The notes under the pieces were generated by a model. The model was not told the DNA's origin. It was given only the letters and a program-made list of their open reading frames with translations, and searched no databases. From NCBI GenBank assembly GCA_002633005.1, contig NMRA01000096.1, positions 620,001 through 684,000 of the forward strand: a stretch of DNA of 64,000 bases, in the 5' to 3' direction. The stretch comes from Phoronis australis (lineage: Eukaryota > Animalia > Phoronida). This document shows, piece by piece, positions 62,428-64,000 of this stretch; position 1 is the stretch's first letter; every line of letters begins with the position of its first letter. Both the position numbers and the translations under genes were made by a program.

Positions 62428-64000
62428 ATGAGTAGTAACACTGGTGTGAAACTCTTTGGACTCTTTTGTCAGCTTTATCTAGTTGCGTGTCTCAAAGATG
62501 AATGTTACCCGCTAGACCACCCGCTTGTTGATTGTTTCCAGCCAATTTCCAACCTCGGCTTTCGCCACTTGTCAAACAACCGGTTCTACAGGAGAAGAAG
62601 AGCAGTCTCAGCTGAGAGCAATTTCGAAATTGATTTTTACGCCTTCCGACGACGTATTCACTTGAAGCTGAACCAGGGTTCGCGATTTATACCCAATAAT
62701 GTAACTATTGACATGGTACATCCGTATGGAAGGAGAACTACTGAGTTGGCTAGTTCGTCACCAGACACTTACTTCTATTCAGGTTTCTTAGAAGGGGAGC
62801 CACAATCGCGGACGTTTGGATGGTTTGATCACACGAACAACGAATTTGACGGTGTTGTGGTTACAGAAGAGACCACTTTCAACATTGAGCCGTCAAGGAA
62901 GTACGTCAATTCAAGTCTTGCAAAACACATAATTTACAGAATTTCAGACTACAAATCTACTCCGCAAATGAGGTGTGGCTATAACAGAGTGAACACGAGT
63001 GCACTTTTGTTTAATTCCTCGCTTTTCAACATCCACTCTTTAAGGAAGAAAAGGCGTAGTATTTTTAAGTCCAACATTGTATGCAGTTTACATCTTGTTG
63101 CTGATTACTCGTATTTCAAACACTTCTCTCATGGTAGCGTAGCAATGTCAGTTAGAGAAATGGTACACAATGTGGCTGAGGCGGACGCCATTTTCAGGGC
63201 TTCGGATTTTGATGGTGATGGCAAGAGCGACAACATAGGATTTAGAATTTCAAAAATTACCATACACAACACCGATAGATTTCACATTAAACAAGACTTA
63301 ACGTCTGATGAATTTTTGGATGCGTTCGCTCAGCATCATAATTTTGAAGATGTTTGCATTGGTGTTGGATTTACATTCAGAGAATTTGAAGACTTCACTG
63401 TAGGAATGGCTTATTCCGGAAGCCTACAGGAATTGGGTGGAATTTGTTCGCCGGCACACCCGCGAAAAGATGGTACGAAGCTAAGTTACAATGCTTTGGT
63501 GGTCTCTCATTTAAATTTTGGCCAAAGAGTTACCCGTCATATGGCTTCTGTGACAGTTGCGCATGAATTAGGCCACGCCTTTGGAAGTTTCCACGACGAC
63601 GATGAAGGTACATCTGCACTTTGCTCGCCGGGTGGAGACGTTGGTAACTACTTGATGTATTCTAACGCAGTCACCGGGCAGAAGATAAACCACAAAATAT
63701 TTTCGCCCTGCAGTCTTCTCCAAATTAGGCCAGTACTCATAGAAAGGGCGCCGTTGTGTTTCCTCGAGGGTACCACTGAGTTTTGTGGTAACGGCGTAAA
63801 AGAGGACGGGGAAGAGTGTGACTGTGGCGACGAATGGCAATGTGAATTTCTTGATCGCTGCTGTGTCCCTAGTGGCTCCAAAGATAGCACTCCGTGTACC
63901 ATCAAACAAAGCCATGGCTACAGGTGTTCTGGCTCGTCTATGTGCTGTGACCCTCAAACATGCCAACTCATTCACGCGGAAGCAAGAGTTAAGTGTGAGT
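62428..64000 (+). CDS. Intronless ADAM10/17-type metalloprotease, divergent copy 3 (3' end beyond the window; not in the ORF track)
   Basis: Frame from ATG 62428: MSSNTGVKLFGLFCQLYLVACLKDECYPLDHPLVDCFQPI...IDFYAFRRRIHLKL...MRCG...RKKRRS...HELGHAFGSFHD...GNYLMY...CGNGVKEDGEECDCG. Confidence 0.92.
   Translation, partial: MSSNTGVKLFGLFCQLYLVACLKDECYPLDHPLVDCFQPISNLGFRHLSNNRFYRRRRAVSAESNFEIDFYAFRRRIHLKLNQGSRFIPNNVTIDMVHPYGRRTTELASSSPDTYFYSGFLEGEPQSRTFGWFDHTNNEFDGVVVTEETTFNIEPSRKYVNSSLAKHIIYRISDYKSTPQMRCGYNRVNTSALLFNSSLFNIHSLRKKRRSIFKSNIVCSLHLVADYSYFKHFSHGSVAMSVREMVHNVAEADAIFRASDFDGDGKSDNIGFRISKITIHNTDRFHIKQDLTSDEFLDAFAQHHNFEDVCIGVGFTFREFEDFTVGMAYSGSLQELGGICSPAHPRKDGTKLSYNALVVSHLNFGQRVTRHMASVTVAHELGHAFGSFHDDDEGTSALCSPGGDVGNYLMYSNAVTGQKINHKIFSPCSLLQIRPVLIERAPLCFLEGTTEFCGNGVKEDGEECDCGDEWQCEFLDRCCVPSGSKDSTPCTIKQSHGYRCSGSSMCCDPQTCQLIHAEARVKCE

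Overview
AT-rich, intron-containing animal (invertebrate-type) genomic DNA. The left half (1-30 kb) is a compact gene neighbourhood that I assembled exon by exon. It holds the 3' end of a multi-PLAT LOXHD1-like gene (+), a small three-exon gene absent from the ORF track that resembles the KEOPS subunit GON7 (-), a C14orf119/DUF4508-family gene (+, apparently duplicated by an assembly overlap at the n at 16562), SRP14 (-) and SAE1 (+). The last four form two head-to-head pairs. The right half (30-64 kb) is transposon-rich. It carries three intronless ADAM10/17-type metalloprotease genes: two close paralogues on the minus strand and a divergent third on the plus strand that runs off the window and is missing from the ORF track. 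The two complete ADAMs have a cytoplasmic segment that looks like a CUE ubiquitin-binding domain, which is the most unusual observation here. Mobile DNA includes a Helentron/DINE-1-type element, an Academ relic with long octamer-rich TIRs, Kolobok relics (THAP and KolX-like), MITEs with 5-bp TSDs, LINE fragments, and two Penelope-like fragments with hammerhead-ribozyme-like motifs. All family assignments are by eye and from recalled motifs; no searches were run.
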